Origin: an uncultured Candidatus Rokubacteria bacterium
GTDB taxonomy: Bacteria; Methylomirabilota; Methylomirabilia; Rokubacteriales; CSP1-6
Assembly (NCBI GenBank): GCA_963827505.1
Contig: CAWHBD010000001.1
Span: 2,731,006-2,795,005 of the forward strand
Length of the DNA stretch: 64,000 bases
Direction: 5' to 3'
Part shown: positions 28,660 to 38,067 of the stretch, piece by piece
Layout of the letters: every line of letters begins with the position of its first letter
Position numbering within the stretch: position 1 is the first letter of the stretch
Made by a program: the position numbers and the translations under genes
The notes under the pieces: model-generated
The model's database searches: none
Told to the model about the DNA's origin: nothing
What the model saw: only the letters and a program-made list of their open reading frames with translations

Positions 28660-29522
28660 GCGTTCGCCGCACCCTGCGCCATCTGATCGAGCCCAAGAAC
28701 GGCCTCGTCGTCCCCGGCGCCTATGACGGCGTCTCCGCGCGACTCGTCGAGCGCGCCGGGTTCCCTGTCGTCTACATGACCGGCTACGGCACATCGGCCT
28801 CGCGCCTGGGCCTGCCCGACCTCGGCTACGCCGGTCTCGCCGAGATGGCCGATCACGCCCGCAATCTCGCCGCCGCCGTCTCCATCCCCCTGATCGCCGA
28901 CGCCGACACCGGCTACGGCAACGCCCTCGGCGTGCGGCGCACCGTGCAGGCGTACGAGACGGCGGGCGTGGCGGCGTTGCACATCGAGGATCAGGTCGCG
29001 CCCAAGCGGTGCGGTCATCTCAGCGGGCACCAGATCGTGCCGCTCGCCGAGTTCGCCGGCAAGATCCGCGCGGCGGCCGACGCCCGGCGCGATCCGGATC
29101 TCCTGATTATCGCGCGCACCGACGCCATCTCGGCCGTGGGCTTCGACGAGGCGCTCCGGCGCGGCGAGGCGGCGGTGCGGGCGGGCGCCGACGTGCTGTT
29201 CATCGAGGCGCCCCGCGACGAAGACCAAGTGGAGCGCGTGGCGAAGGCCTTCGACACGCCGCTGCTCTACAACTATGCGGCGGGGGGCCGCTCGCCGCTG
29301 CTGCCCTTCGCCCGGCTGCGGGCCCTCGGCTACGCGATCATCATCCTGCCGGTCGACACGCTGCTGGTCGCGACGAAGGCGATGGCGGGATTCCTGGCGG
29401 CCCTGCGCGCAGCCGACGACGCCGTGGCCCTCGGCGAGCAGGCCCTGCCGTTCGCGGAATTCAACGCGTTCATCGGCGCCACCGAGCAGATGGCACTGGC
29501 CGATCGCTATCGGGAGGCGTGA
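28656..29522 (+). CDS. Isocitrate lyase/PEP mutase superfamily enzyme (PrpB/2-methylisocitrate lyase-like)
   Basis: PGAYDG, DADTGYGN, HIEDQVAPKRCGH, IIARTD. Confidence 0.85.
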   Translation: MSVRRTLRHLIEPKNGLVVPGAYDGVSARLVERAGFPVVYMTGYGTSASRLGLPDLGYAGLAEMADHARNLAAAVSIPLIADADTGYGNALGVRRTVQAYETAGVAALHIEDQVAPKRCGHLSGHQIVPLAEFAGKIRAAADARRDPDLLIIARTDAISAVGFDEALRRGEAAVRAGADVLFIEAPRDEDQVERVAKAFDTPLLYNYAAGGRSPLLPFARLRALGYAIIILPVDTLLVATKAMAGFLAALRAADDAVALGEQALPFAEFNAFIGATEQMALADRYREA

Positions 29523-29592
29523 GGGACCGGGCGGAAGGGCGAGCGAGATCGGCCGAGGCGGGAGGCCCTGGTGGGCCCCCCGCCCCGATGCG

Positions 29593-30399
29593 CTAGTTCG
29601 CGACGGCGCAGACCGCGCCAGCCTCGACCGTGTCGGCGAAGTTGCTCGTGAGGGTATTGCGGATCGACAGCGTCCACTGACCACGACCGCTGGGCCAGCC
29701 GGTCCAGTCCACACCCTGCGGGAAGGGCTGGCGGACGTTGGTGGCCAATCGCGAGACGTAGCCGGAAAACACGCTGGCGCCGGCCGGGCAATTGACCGTG
29801 ATGTTCTGGATGCCGCCCATCGCCAGGACGGTCACCGACATCGGCACCGTCACGACCTGGTAACCGCTCAGCCCACTCGCACCTTGCGGTCCCGCCGGAC
29901 CAGCGGGACCCTGTGCCCCCGTCGCACCGGTGGCACCGACCGCACCGGCGGCGCCGGCCGGCCCCGCCGAACCCTGAGCGCCGGCCGGGCCCATCGGTCC
30001 CTGTGGACCAGTCGGACCCGCAGGCCCCGCGGGACCCCGCGGACCCGTACTGCCACCACCGTACGGAACGAGCGCGACCGACATCGAGTCGTACTGGTTG
30101 GACAGCCGGTTACGAGCCACGATCAGCTCGTAGGTGCCGCGGGCGATGCCGTGCGGGAGGAGAACCACGATCTCATCCGTCTTGTGGCGGACGATGTCGA
30201 GCCGGTCGTCACCGAGCCATACGGTGATCGAACGCATTCCGAATTGACCGCGCAGCGTCAGGGTGCCGCCCTCGAGATCAGGATGGGCACTCTCCAGCAC
30301 GACTGGACCGTTGTACGACGACGGACTATGCGCGAACGCCGGTGCCGCGAAGCTCAGCACCAGCAACAAGGCGACTGTGCAACGTCGTAGATGTCCCAT
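29593..30399 (-). CDS. Secreted collagen-like (Gly-X-Y) repeat protein
   Basis: Signal peptide ending SFAAPAFA, a beta-rich N-domain, about 20 Gly-X-Y triplets and a Cys-containing C-domain. GGAGAG RBS. Confidence 0.85.
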   Translation of the reverse strand: MGHLRRCTVALLLVLSFAAPAFAHSPSSYNGPVVLESAHPDLEGGTLTLRGQFGMRSITVWLGDDRLDIVRHKTDEIVVLLPHGIARGTYELIVARNRLSNQYDSMSVALVPYGGGSTGPRGPAGPAGPTGPQGPMGPAGAQGSAGPAGAAGAVGATGATGAQGPAGPAGPQGASGLSGYQVVTVPMSVTVLAMGGIQNITVNCPAGASVFSGYVSRLATNVRQPFPQGVDWTGWPSGRGQWTLSIRNTLTSNFADTVEAGAVCAVAN

Positions 30400-30790
30400 G
30401 TGGACTCTCCGGTTGAGAGACGGCTCAGTCCAGACGCTTGCGATGGATACCGCTTTCGCCGGCGCGGGAGCCGCACGAGTGTGTCCTGCAACCCCGCGAC
30501 CAAAACCCCGGTGCTGCGAAAACGTACACTTGACACTTCCTGACACGACCAGTCTGCGGCCACTGGATGCCGCCTTGTCACCCAGGCGGGGCGAGTTGGT
30601 AAGCCGCGTTTTGCGTACGAAAAATGTGCGATCCGCGCCCCGGAATCCCGCGCCCTCGGGCCTCCGAGGCAAACGAGGACTGACGATGCGCTGACACTGC
30701 CGGGGCCCCGGGAGGCCGCGGATGGAGTGATATAGTTCTTCCCGCCGGTAATGCCGGCGCAGCCCATCACGACCCCGCGGGGAGACCTCG

Positions 30791-31960
30791 ATGACCACGA
30801 CCAAGGAGCTGATCGGCCAGGCGGTCGACCGCTTGGCCGACGACCTCGAAGCCCTGTCGCGACGGATCCACGACCATCCCGAGCTCGCCTACCAGGAAGT
30901 CCAGGCTGCGCGGTGGCTGTCGGACTATCTGGCCGGTCAGGGCTTCGAGGTCGAGCGTGGAGTCGCCGGAGTGGAGACCGCGTTCCGGGCCACGGTCGAG
31001 ACGGGCGCCGGCCCGACGATCGCCATACTGTGCGAGTACGATGCGCTCCCGTCGATCGGCCACGCCTGCGGCCACAACGTGATCGCGACCTCGGGAGCCG
31101 GGGCCGGCGCGGCCCTGGCGGCCGTGCGCGACGCGCTGCCGGCCGGACGCATCCAGGTCATCGGCACGCCGGCCGAGGAGGGCGGTGGTGGCAAGGTCAA
31201 GCTCATCAACGGTGGCGTCTTCGAGCGCGTGGACGTGGCGATGATGATCCACGGCTTCGATCGGTGGATCCTGCACCAGGACCTGCTCGGCATCGTGCGC
31301 GTGGGCTTCGAGTTCGCCGGTAAGGCGGCTCACGCCTCCGCCGATCCGTGGGAGGGCGTGAACGCGCTCGACGCGGTGATCCAGACCTTCAACAACGTCA
31401 GCATGCTGCGCCAGCAGATCCGGCCGGACGCCCGCATCCACGGTATCGTCACCCAGGGCGGCGCCGCGCCCAACATCATCCCGGAGGCCGCGGCCTGCAC
31501 CTTCTACGTGCGGGCGGCCAAGCTCGACGAGATGTGGGCGCTGCACAAGCGCGTGGTCGCCTGCGCCGAGGGCGCGGCCACGGCGACCGGCTGCTCGCTC
31601 AAGGTCGTCGAGTTCGAGGCGCCCTACGAGCCGCTCAAGCGCAACGACACGCTGCTGGGCCTGTTCCGGGCCAACATGCGGACAACCGGAGCCGTGGAGT
31701 CGCCGCCGCTGCCCGACCGCATGGGCTCCTCCGACATCGGCAACGTGAGCCAGGTGATTCCGGCCATCCAGCCGATGGTGCAGATCGCCCCTCACGGCAC
31801 GCCGATCCACTCGCGCGACTTCGAGGCGGCGGCGGTATCGCCGCTGGCCCGCCAGGGCATGTGCCAGGCGGCCAAGACGATGGCGATGACCACCTACGAC
31901 CTGCTCGCCGATCCCGACCTGGTGAAGAAGGCGCGGGCGGAGTTCGAGGCGATGCGATGA
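30791..31960 (+). CDS. M20 family amidohydrolase
   Basis: [42 protein letters not shown]. Confidence 0.9.
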   Translation: MTTTKELIGQAVDRLADDLEALSRRIHDHPELAYQEVQAARWLSDYLAGQGFEVERGVAGVETAFRATVETGAGPTIAILCEYDALPSIGHACGHNVIATSGAGAGAALAAVRDALPAGRIQVIGTPAEEGGGGKVKLINGGVFERVDVAMMIHGFDRWILHQDLLGIVRVGFEFAGKAAHASADPWEGVNALDAVIQTFNNVSMLRQQIRPDARIHGIVTQGGAAPNIIPEAAACTFYVRAAKLDEMWALHKRVVACAEGAATATGCSLKVVEFEAPYEPLKRNDTLLGLFRANMRTTGAVESPPLPDRMGSSDIGNVSQVIPAIQPMVQIAPHGTPIHSRDFEAAAVSPLARQGMCQAAKTMAMTTYDLLADPDLVKKARAEFEAMR

Positions 31961-32484
31961 AGAGCCGAAGCGTCGCCGTGGTCCTCGCATCGCTGCTCGC
32001 TTCCGGGTGTGCGACCGGAAGCATCCCCGTCGACACCACGGCCCGGGCCGAGTTGCGCAACGCCGGCGGCCAGGCGGTGGGCACCGCCACCTTCACGCAG
32101 GTGGGCAACGCCGTGCGGGTGACGCTCGAGGCGCAGGGCCTGCCGGCCGGCCCCAAGGGCGTGCACATTCACGCCGTCGGCAAGTGCGACGGGCCGGACT
32201 TCGCCTCGGCCGGGAGCCACTTCAACCCCACCGGACGCCAGCACGGCGCCCTGAATGCCCAGGGCCCGCACGCCGGCGACCTGCCGAACCTCACCATCGG
32301 CGCCGACGGCAAGGGGCGGCTGGAGAGCACGACCGAGCTGATCTCGCTCGTCGGGGGACCGAGCTCGGTGTTCGACGCCGACGGCAGCGCGCTCGTCGTG
32401 CACGCCGCGCCGGATGACTTCAAGACGGATCCGACCGGGAACTCGGGCGCGCGGATCGGTTGCGGGGTGATCGGGCGCAAGTGA
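31957..32484 (+). CDS. sodC: Cu/Zn superoxide dismutase lipoprotein
   Basis: Lipobox LASGC, HIH, HFNP, HG, HAGDL, VVHAAPDD, GARIGCG. Confidence 0.9.
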   Translation: MKSRSVAVVLASLLASGCATGSIPVDTTARAELRNAGGQAVGTATFTQVGNAVRVTLEAQGLPAGPKGVHIHAVGKCDGPDFASAGSHFNPTGRQHGALNAQGPHAGDLPNLTIGADGKGRLESTTELISLVGGPSSVFDADGSALVVHAAPDDFKTDPTGNSGARIGCGVIGRK

Positions 32485-32621
32485 GCCCGGTGCCGGCGGT
32501 GCGGTCGCTACCGCCGCCCCGATCTTCCCCCTCGCAGTTTCTCGTCCAATCGCGCGCCCGTCAGAAGGCGCTTCGTCGCCCTGCGTCGCGCTGGTCCCGC
32601 GCGCCTCAAGATGACGGGTTG

Positions 32622-33779
32622 TCAGCGGCTCGGCGCCGGCAGGGGGCGCGGGGCGTGGCCCGTATAGTCGGCGCGGGGGCGAATGAGACGGTTGTCGGCG
32701 TACTGCTCGAGGGCGTGGGCGCACCAGCCGGCGATGCGACCGGTCGCGAAGATGGACGTGCAGAGATCGGCCGGGATGCCGAGGGCGTCATAGACCACCG
32801 CCGAGAAGTAGTCGACGTTCACCGGCAGGCTGGTGCGCGCGCGCATGGCGTCGTAGAGGCGCTCGGCCACCTCGAACAGTCGCTCGCGGCCGGTGGCCTC
32901 CGCCATGGACTTGGCCATGCCGCGCAGGACGCGCGCGCGGGCGTCATCCACCCGGTAGACGCGATGACCGAACCCGGGCACGCGCGACTTCGGATCCGTG
33001 CGCTGCTGCCGGCTGAGCGTGTCTCGCCGGCCGAGCCGGCTCTCCACGAATGCCTCCGCCTTGGCGGGGTCGCCGATCTCGCGCAGCATCAGCAGCACGT
33101 CCTCGTTGGCGCCGCCGTGGCTCGGCCCCTTGAGCGTGGCGATGGCGGCCACGACCGCCGAGTGCAGGTCGGCCCGGGTCGCGACGGCCACCCGGGCGGC
33201 AAAGGTGGAGGCGTTGAACTCGTGGTCGGCGTGCAGGGTCAGGATGACGTCGAGCACGCGCGCCACATCCGCCGCCGGCGCCCGCCCCTCCAGCAGCGTG
33301 AGGAACCAGGCGGCGTGGGATCCGCCGGCCGGCGCCGTCGCCGGCTCCCGGCCCTGGCGCAGGTGATGCCAGGCCGCGACCACGGCTGGGATCAGCGTCA
33401 TCAGGCGGAACGCCTTGGCCAGGTTCGCGTCGGGCTCGTTGGACGCCGCGTCGGGATCGAGCGCCGCCGCCGCCGAGACCGCGGTGCGGAGCGCGTCAAG
33501 CGGATGGCTCGTGCGCGGCAGTCCCCGCAGCAGGGCCACCAGCGGCGCCGGCAATGCGCGGGCCTCGGCCAGCCGCGCCCGGAACGCGCGCGCCTCGTCG
33601 GTAGCCGGCAGCTCGCCGTGCCACAGCAGGCGGGTGACGTCCTCGAACGGCACCGCGCCGGCCAGGTCGCCGATCTCGTAGCCGCGGTAGTAGAGCCGCC
33701 CGGCGCCGCCGTCGATCGTGCAGACTCCGGAGCGAGCGGCGATGACGTCCTCCAGCCCAGCCTTCCAGTCGCTGTCCAT
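32622..33779 (-). CDS. Citrate/2-methylcitrate synthase
   Basis: LYYRGY, HADHEFNASTF, GPSHGGAN, GFGHRVY, NVDYFSA. Confidence 0.92.
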   Translation of the reverse strand: MDSDWKAGLEDVIAARSGVCTIDGGAGRLYYRGYEIGDLAGAVPFEDVTRLLWHGELPATDEARAFRARLAEARALPAPLVALLRGLPRTSHPLDALRTAVSAAAALDPDAASNEPDANLAKAFRLMTLIPAVVAAWHHLRQGREPATAPAGGSHAAWFLTLLEGRAPAADVARVLDVILTLHADHEFNASTFAARVAVATRADLHSAVVAAIATLKGPSHGGANEDVLLMLREIGDPAKAEAFVESRLGRRDTLSRQQRTDPKSRVPGFGHRVYRVDDARARVLRGMAKSMAEATGRERLFEVAERLYDAMRARTSLPVNVDYFSAVVYDALGIPADLCTSIFATGRIAGWCAHALEQYADNRLIRPRADYTGHAPRPLPAPSR

Positions 33780-33816
33780 GTGTGCCCTCCTCCCGGCGGC
33801 CCGCGGCCGGCCCTGC

Positions 33817-33845
33817 TATATTGATACTACATGATTTATATTGAT
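33817..33845. promoter_or_regulatory. AT-rich direct repeat (TATATTGAT x2, 20-bp period) between citrate synthase and the HTH gene
   Basis: TATATTGAT at 33817-33825 and 33837-33845. Confidence 0.6.
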
Positions 33846-33906
33846 TCAACCGCCTGGAACGGGGCGCCGGGGACAGCCCCGCGCGCCATCTGGTAGCCTG
33901 CGGGCG

Positions 33907-34137
33907 ATGGTGATCCTGGACGGCGAAGAGTTCCTGACGGTCGAGGAAGCGGCCGCACTCCTGGGGGTAAAGCGGGAGACGCTCTACGCCTACGTGAGCC
34001 GCGGGGTCCTCAAGAGCTACCGCCAGGGCATCAAGCGGCAGCGCCTGTACCGCCGGGCCGAGGTGGCGGCGCTGATCAGGCTGGACCGCGGCCGCCGGCC
34101 GGTGATCCCGCCGGCCGAGGACTGGATCCGCGACTGA
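33907..34137 (+). CDS. Stand-alone MerR/excisionase-like HTH protein (76 aa)
   Basis: LTVEEAAALLGVKRETLYAYVSRG. Confidence 0.85.
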   Translation: MVILDGEEFLTVEEAAALLGVKRETLYAYVSRGVLKSYRQGIKRQRLYRRAEVAALIRLDRGRRPVIPPAEDWIRD

Positions 34138-34149
34138 GGCGCGGCCGCG

Positions 34150-34725
34150 CTACCCCAGCGCGGCCACGATTTTCCGCGACTGCTTCATGTGGTCGATGGC
34201 GTGCCGCCTCCACGACACCATCGCGTACGCCTTCCAGTCGAGATCCTCGACCCAGTGCAGCGGCCGCACCCGGCCGTCGGGCCCGGTGACGTTCACCACC
34301 ATGACGATCGGCGCCCGGGCGTCGGTCTCGAACGCGACCGGCACCGCCGCCAGCACCTCGACGACGTCGCGCTGGGCCCGGCGCAACTCGTCCAGCAGCC
34401 ACGACCACGGCCGCAGCGAGGGGGCCTTGGATTGCAGCGCCGCCGGGATGGGATCGCCTGGCGGGCGCTCGCCGGCCAGGACGCACCGCAGCTCGTCGAG
34501 GCCAGGCCGGTAGGTCTCCACGAGGTGGTCGACCACCTCCTGCACCGACCACTCGCCGGCGAGGGGGCGCTCGGCGGCGCGGCCGGGTGGCACGCCGGCC
34601 AGCACCGCTTCCAGAGCCTTCATCGCCGCCGTGATCCGATCGCGCACCTCGAGCGGCGTCAGTGTGGCGGTGCTGCTGAAGTACTCGCGGGCGCGCGCCT
34701 GAGCCTGGGTCTCTGCCGCCGTCAT
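34150..34725 (-). CDS. DinB-family protein
   Basis: GEWSVQEVVDHL and HAIDHMKQ. Confidence 0.7.
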   Translation of the reverse strand: MTAAETQAQARAREYFSSTATLTPLEVRDRITAAMKALEAVLAGVPPGRAAERPLAGEWSVQEVVDHLVETYRPGLDELRCVLAGERPPGDPIPAALQSKAPSLRPWSWLLDELRRAQRDVVEVLAAVPVAFETDARAPIVMVVNVTGPDGRVRPLHWVEDLDWKAYAMVSWRRHAIDHMKQSRKIVAALG

Positions 34726-35330
34726 GGAGTCTCCTTCGCGAGGTAACGGGCGATGGCGTCGTCGCAGAACCGCGCGGCGTCGGCGACGCTGAACGCCTCG
34801 GGATCGAACGTGAGCTGCAGAGAGACGCCGTCCACCAGGCCGAGCACGACGGCGGCCGCCCGCTGCGGGTCCACCGCCCGGAAGTGGCCGGCCGTGACGC
34901 CCTCGCTGACGAGGCGGCCGATCAGCCGGCGCGTGCGCGCGTAGACCTCGGCGTTCACCTCGCGCAGCCGCCGGTCGTGCATCATCTCGCCCCAGAACTC
35001 GAGGAAGACGACCCAGACCTCGGGCTGGCGGACGGCGACGTCCAGGCAGGCGCGCACGAGGGCGCGCAGGCGGGCGGCGGGATCACGGCCGGTCCGCGAC
35101 TGGGCGGCGGCGACCCGGCGGTCGAGGTCCCGGCTGACCGTCTCCAGGGTGGCGGCGAGGATCGCGCGCTTGTCGGCGAAGTAGTAGTGGAGGATGCCCT
35201 GGCTCACCCCCGCCGCCCGCGCGACCTTCTTCATGGTGAGCCGGGTGTAGCCGTCGCGGGCGAGGCAGCGCACGGTCGCCCGCACGATCTGCTCCCGCCG
35301 CACCGGACCCATGCCGACCTTGGGACTCAT
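34722..35330 (-). CDS. TetR-family regulator (BetI-like C-domain)
   Basis: LTMKKVARAAGVSQGILHYYFADK; GLVDGVSLQ. Confidence 0.9.
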   Translation of the reverse strand: MSPKVGMGPVRREQIVRATVRCLARDGYTRLTMKKVARAAGVSQGILHYYFADKRAILAATLETVSRDLDRRVAAAQSRTGRDPAARLRALVRACLDVAVRQPEVWVVFLEFWGEMMHDRRLREVNAEVYARTRRLIGRLVSEGVTAGHFRAVDPQRAAAVVLGLVDGVSLQLTFDPEAFSVADAARFCDDAIARYLAKETP

Positions 35331-35343
35331 GCCGGGTTCCTTT

Positions 35344-35361
35344 ATTGACTGGCCGACCAAT
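35344..35361. promoter_or_regulatory. Imperfect palindrome, candidate TetR operator
   Basis: ATTGACTGGCCGACCAAT just upstream of the tetR start. Confidence 0.45.
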
Positions 35362-35405
35362 TATCTTCGACATCAGCCGATCGCGCAACCGGGCACGTCA
35401 GCGAA

Positions 35406-37001
35406 TCAGTCGCGCGGGGGCCGCTGGCGCCGGCGCTCGGAGGCCCGCTCGGCCTCCAGGCGCTCGAGCTCGACCGCGGAGTGATCGGCGAAGATCATGG
35501 CGGCGGCGATGGCCCGGTGGCCAGCCCCCTCGGCGATCAGGCGATGCATCGCCTGGCCGATGCGGCGGTAGGACGGATGGCCTTGCGGGGTCGTCCGGAG
35601 CTCGATGAGGTGCATGGCCTCGCGCGCGTTCATGTCCACGTAGAAGCGGACGCGGCAGGCCATGGGCACGGCGTAGGAGGCCGCCTCGGGGTGGCCGGCG
35701 GCGGCGATGGCGTCGTGCAGCTCGGCGGTGGTATCCATCACACGCGTCCAGTCGGCGGCGCCGCCCGCTTCATCGACGGCCTCCGGCATCGCCCACCCGT
35801 GCCGGGGGGTGAGTCGCTGCCACTCCAGGGTGAGCAGGCGATGCCGCTGCAGGTCGCGGAAGGCGCCGTAGTCGGCGAGAACGTCGAAGCGGTAGGCCGT
35901 CCGCTCGAAGGCACGGCCGGGACGGTGGCGCCGGTTCTTCCGCGCCCCCACGTACGCGCGCAGCACGTCGGCGCGCCGCTCCGGCGACAGCGCGCGGGCG
36001 ATCGCCTGCAGGGCACGGTCCGAGCGATCGCTGACCGCGTACAGCGCGGCGGCGACGACCTTCACTTCGCCGTCCGGATCGAAGTCAGTCAGCGCGACCT
36101 CTTCCGTCTCGACCGGCCCGGCGGCCGCCGCCGGCGCCAGCAGCTCCTTGGCGATGGCCCGGGTGGCCGCACGCGTCTCGGCCAGGTAGGCGGACCAGAC
36201 GCCGCCCCGATCGGGCACGTCGACGCGCCGCAGGAAGGCCGGGATCACCATGCGCAGCTCGACGAGCATGAGCTCCGCACAGGCGCGCACCTCGGCGAGC
36301 GGATGCGCGCGCATGCGCAGCAGCATCTGCTCGTACCCCTGGCCGGTGCCGTAGATCCCGACGTTCGACGTCGTGGCGGCCGGCAGCAGACCTCTCAGGG
36401 TGTCGAGGGCCTTGGCCCGGATCGTCGTCCGGTAGACGCCCTCCGACTCCTCGGCCGCCCGCGGGTGCTTGGCCTCGAAGAAGGCGCGCAGGCGGGGCAG
36501 CCACTCGCGATACGTGTCGAACGCGCGGTCCAGGGTAGCGACGTACCGCTCGCGCAGGGTGCCGGCCAGCTCGGCCGGCACGTGATAGCGGTAGCGCCCG
36601 TCCGGCCGATCGTCGTACGGGATGTAGCGCGTCGACTGCTCGAGATAGGCCATGAGCCGGCCCCACTCGAGCACCTTGGTGAGGATGTTCGACGCGCCCT
36701 CGCAGGCCAGGTGAACGCCGCCGAGCTGCGCCACCGAATCGTCGCCGTACTCGACGAAGACCCGCTCGTAGAGCCGCTCGGCCCGGCTCGTGTCCAGGCC
36801 CGGGGCCGGCGGAGCCAGCGTCTCGCCAGAGACGAACTCGTCAAGGAACAGGCGGCGCAGCGATTTGGGTGAGCGCGAGTAGCGCGCGAAGAGCGCGCCC
36901 TTGACGACCTCGGGCAGGTTGACGAGCGCGAAGACCGGCCGGTCGACGTTCGTGAAGTAGGGGGCGAGCGTCGTCTGCTCCTCGGCGCTGAACGACTCCA
37001 T
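35406..37001 (-). CDS. thyX: Flavin-dependent thymidylate synthase, long tandem-domain form
   Basis: YGDDSVAQL, EQSTRY, LRGLLPAAT, RDLQRHR, IELRTTPQGH. Confidence 0.88.
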   Translation of the reverse strand: MESFSAEEQTTLAPYFTNVDRPVFALVNLPEVVKGALFARYSRSPKSLRRLFLDEFVSGETLAPPAPGLDTSRAERLYERVFVEYGDDSVAQLGGVHLACEGASNILTKVLEWGRLMAYLEQSTRYIPYDDRPDGRYRYHVPAELAGTLRERYVATLDRAFDTYREWLPRLRAFFEAKHPRAAEESEGVYRTTIRAKALDTLRGLLPAATTSNVGIYGTGQGYEQMLLRMRAHPLAEVRACAELMLVELRMVIPAFLRRVDVPDRGGVWSAYLAETRAATRAIAKELLAPAAAAGPVETEEVALTDFDPDGEVKVVAAALYAVSDRSDRALQAIARALSPERRADVLRAYVGARKNRRHRPGRAFERTAYRFDVLADYGAFRDLQRHRLLTLEWQRLTPRHGWAMPEAVDEAGGAADWTRVMDTTAELHDAIAAAGHPEAASYAVPMACRVRFYVDMNAREAMHLIELRTTPQGHPSYRRIGQAMHRLIAEGAGHRAIAAAMIFADHSAVELERLEAERASERRRQRPPRD

Positions 37002-37036
37002 GGTCACCGCGATGGTAGCACCGACGACGGAGGCGA

Positions 37037-37357
37037 TCAGCCGAGCCCGCGCAGGAGCGCCACGGTGGCAACCGCGAGCGCGATGGTCGCGAACAGGTTG
37101 ACGCGCCACGCGGCCAGGACGAACACGACCACCGCGCCCCACAGCGGCGGGTGGGCCGGCGAGGCCATTAGCCGGCCGTGATCGACCAGGATCAGCGGCA
37201 GCGCCAGGGCGGGCAGCACGGCCAGCGGGATGAGCCGCAGCCATAGCCGCAAGCGTGGTGGCAGCGGACGCCGGGCCAGGGCCAGCAGCAAGGGCGCCCG
37301 GGTGAGATAGGTCGCCACCGCCATGCCGGCGATCACCAGCCACACGTCCGTCCTCAT
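37037..37357 (-). CDS. azlD: AzlD-domain membrane protein
   Basis: TYLTRAPLL...LPALALP; overlaps the azlC stop. Confidence 0.8.
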   Translation of the reverse strand: MRTDVWLVIAGMAVATYLTRAPLLLALARRPLPPRLRLWLRLIPLAVLPALALPLILVDHGRLMASPAHPPLWGAVVVFVLAAWRVNLFATIALAVATVALLRGLG

Positions 37358-38067
37358 GGCGACTCCGGCTCCAGCACCAGCGCCGCCACCCCGCTGACGA
37401 CGACGCCGGCGATGACGATGTGCCAGTTGCCCGGCAGCACCAGCGCCACCGCGATGGCCAGTCCCCCACCCGCCAGCGCCACCAACCAGTCCGTCCATCT
37501 GTGCAGCTGGACGGCGATGAGGGCCAGGAACACGGCGGGGAAGGCGAAGTCGAGCCCCCAGCGCGCGGGCTCGGCGACCAGACCGCCGAGCTGGGTGCCG
37601 ACCGGCACGCCGGTCAGGAACGCCACGCCGATGGCACCGGCGCTGCCGAGGTAGAACCACGGATCGGGTGGATTGCGATGCGCGACCGCGATCGCGAATG
37701 ACTCGTCGTTGATCCAGTGGGCGACCAGGGCCAGCCACGCCCGCGGAAAGCCGCGGAAGGCCGGCGCCAGCGACGCGGCCATCAGGTAGTGGCGCATGTT
37801 GATCACGTACGTGGTCAGCACGATGGCCACCGCCGGGGCCCCGGCGGCGAGCATCGGCACCGCCACGAACTGCGAGGCGCCGGCCAGGACCAGGAGCGAC
37901 ATTCCCCAGACCTGGCCCGGCCGCAGCCCCGCCTGCACGGCGAGGCCCCCGAACACGGTGCCGTACACGAACACCGACGGGACGAGGGCGAGGGAAGCGA
38001 CGAACCCGGCCCGGAAGCGGCCGGACGGCGGGCCCTCCTCGGCCGCATCGGGGCCGGCGTCGCTCAC
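37354..38067 (-). CDS. azlC: AzlC-family permease
   Basis: LAGASQFVA, INMRHYLM, NDESFA, LDFAFPAVFLAL. Confidence 0.88.
   Translation of the reverse strand: MSDAGPDAAEEGPPSGRFRAGFVASLALVPSVFVYGTVFGGLAVQAGLRPGQVWGMSLLVLAGASQFVAVPMLAAGAPAVAIVLTTYVINMRHYLMAASLAPAFRGFPRAWLALVAHWINDESFAIAVAHRNPPDPWFYLGSAGAIGVAFLTGVPVGTQLGGLVAEPARWGLDFAFPAVFLALIAVQLHRWTDWLVALAGGGLAIAVALVLPGNWHIVIAGVVVSGVAALVLEPESP

Noticed and set aside
28656-29522. Second PEP mutase belonging to the phosphonate pathway
   Set aside because: It has the lyase-type KRCGH motif, not EDKxxxxxNS, and lies 30 kb from pepM.
30415-30470. c-di-GMP-I riboswitch upstream of the collagen-like gene (GCGAAAGC...CGCAAGCGTCTGGACTGAG on the minus strand)
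   Set aside because: Only a partial resemblance; the conserved P1 junction could not be built by eye. It needs an Infernal search, so it is not called.
33907-34137. Excisionase marking a prophage or ICE
   Set aside because: No integrase or phage genes nearby; context points to a citrate-synthase-linked regulator.
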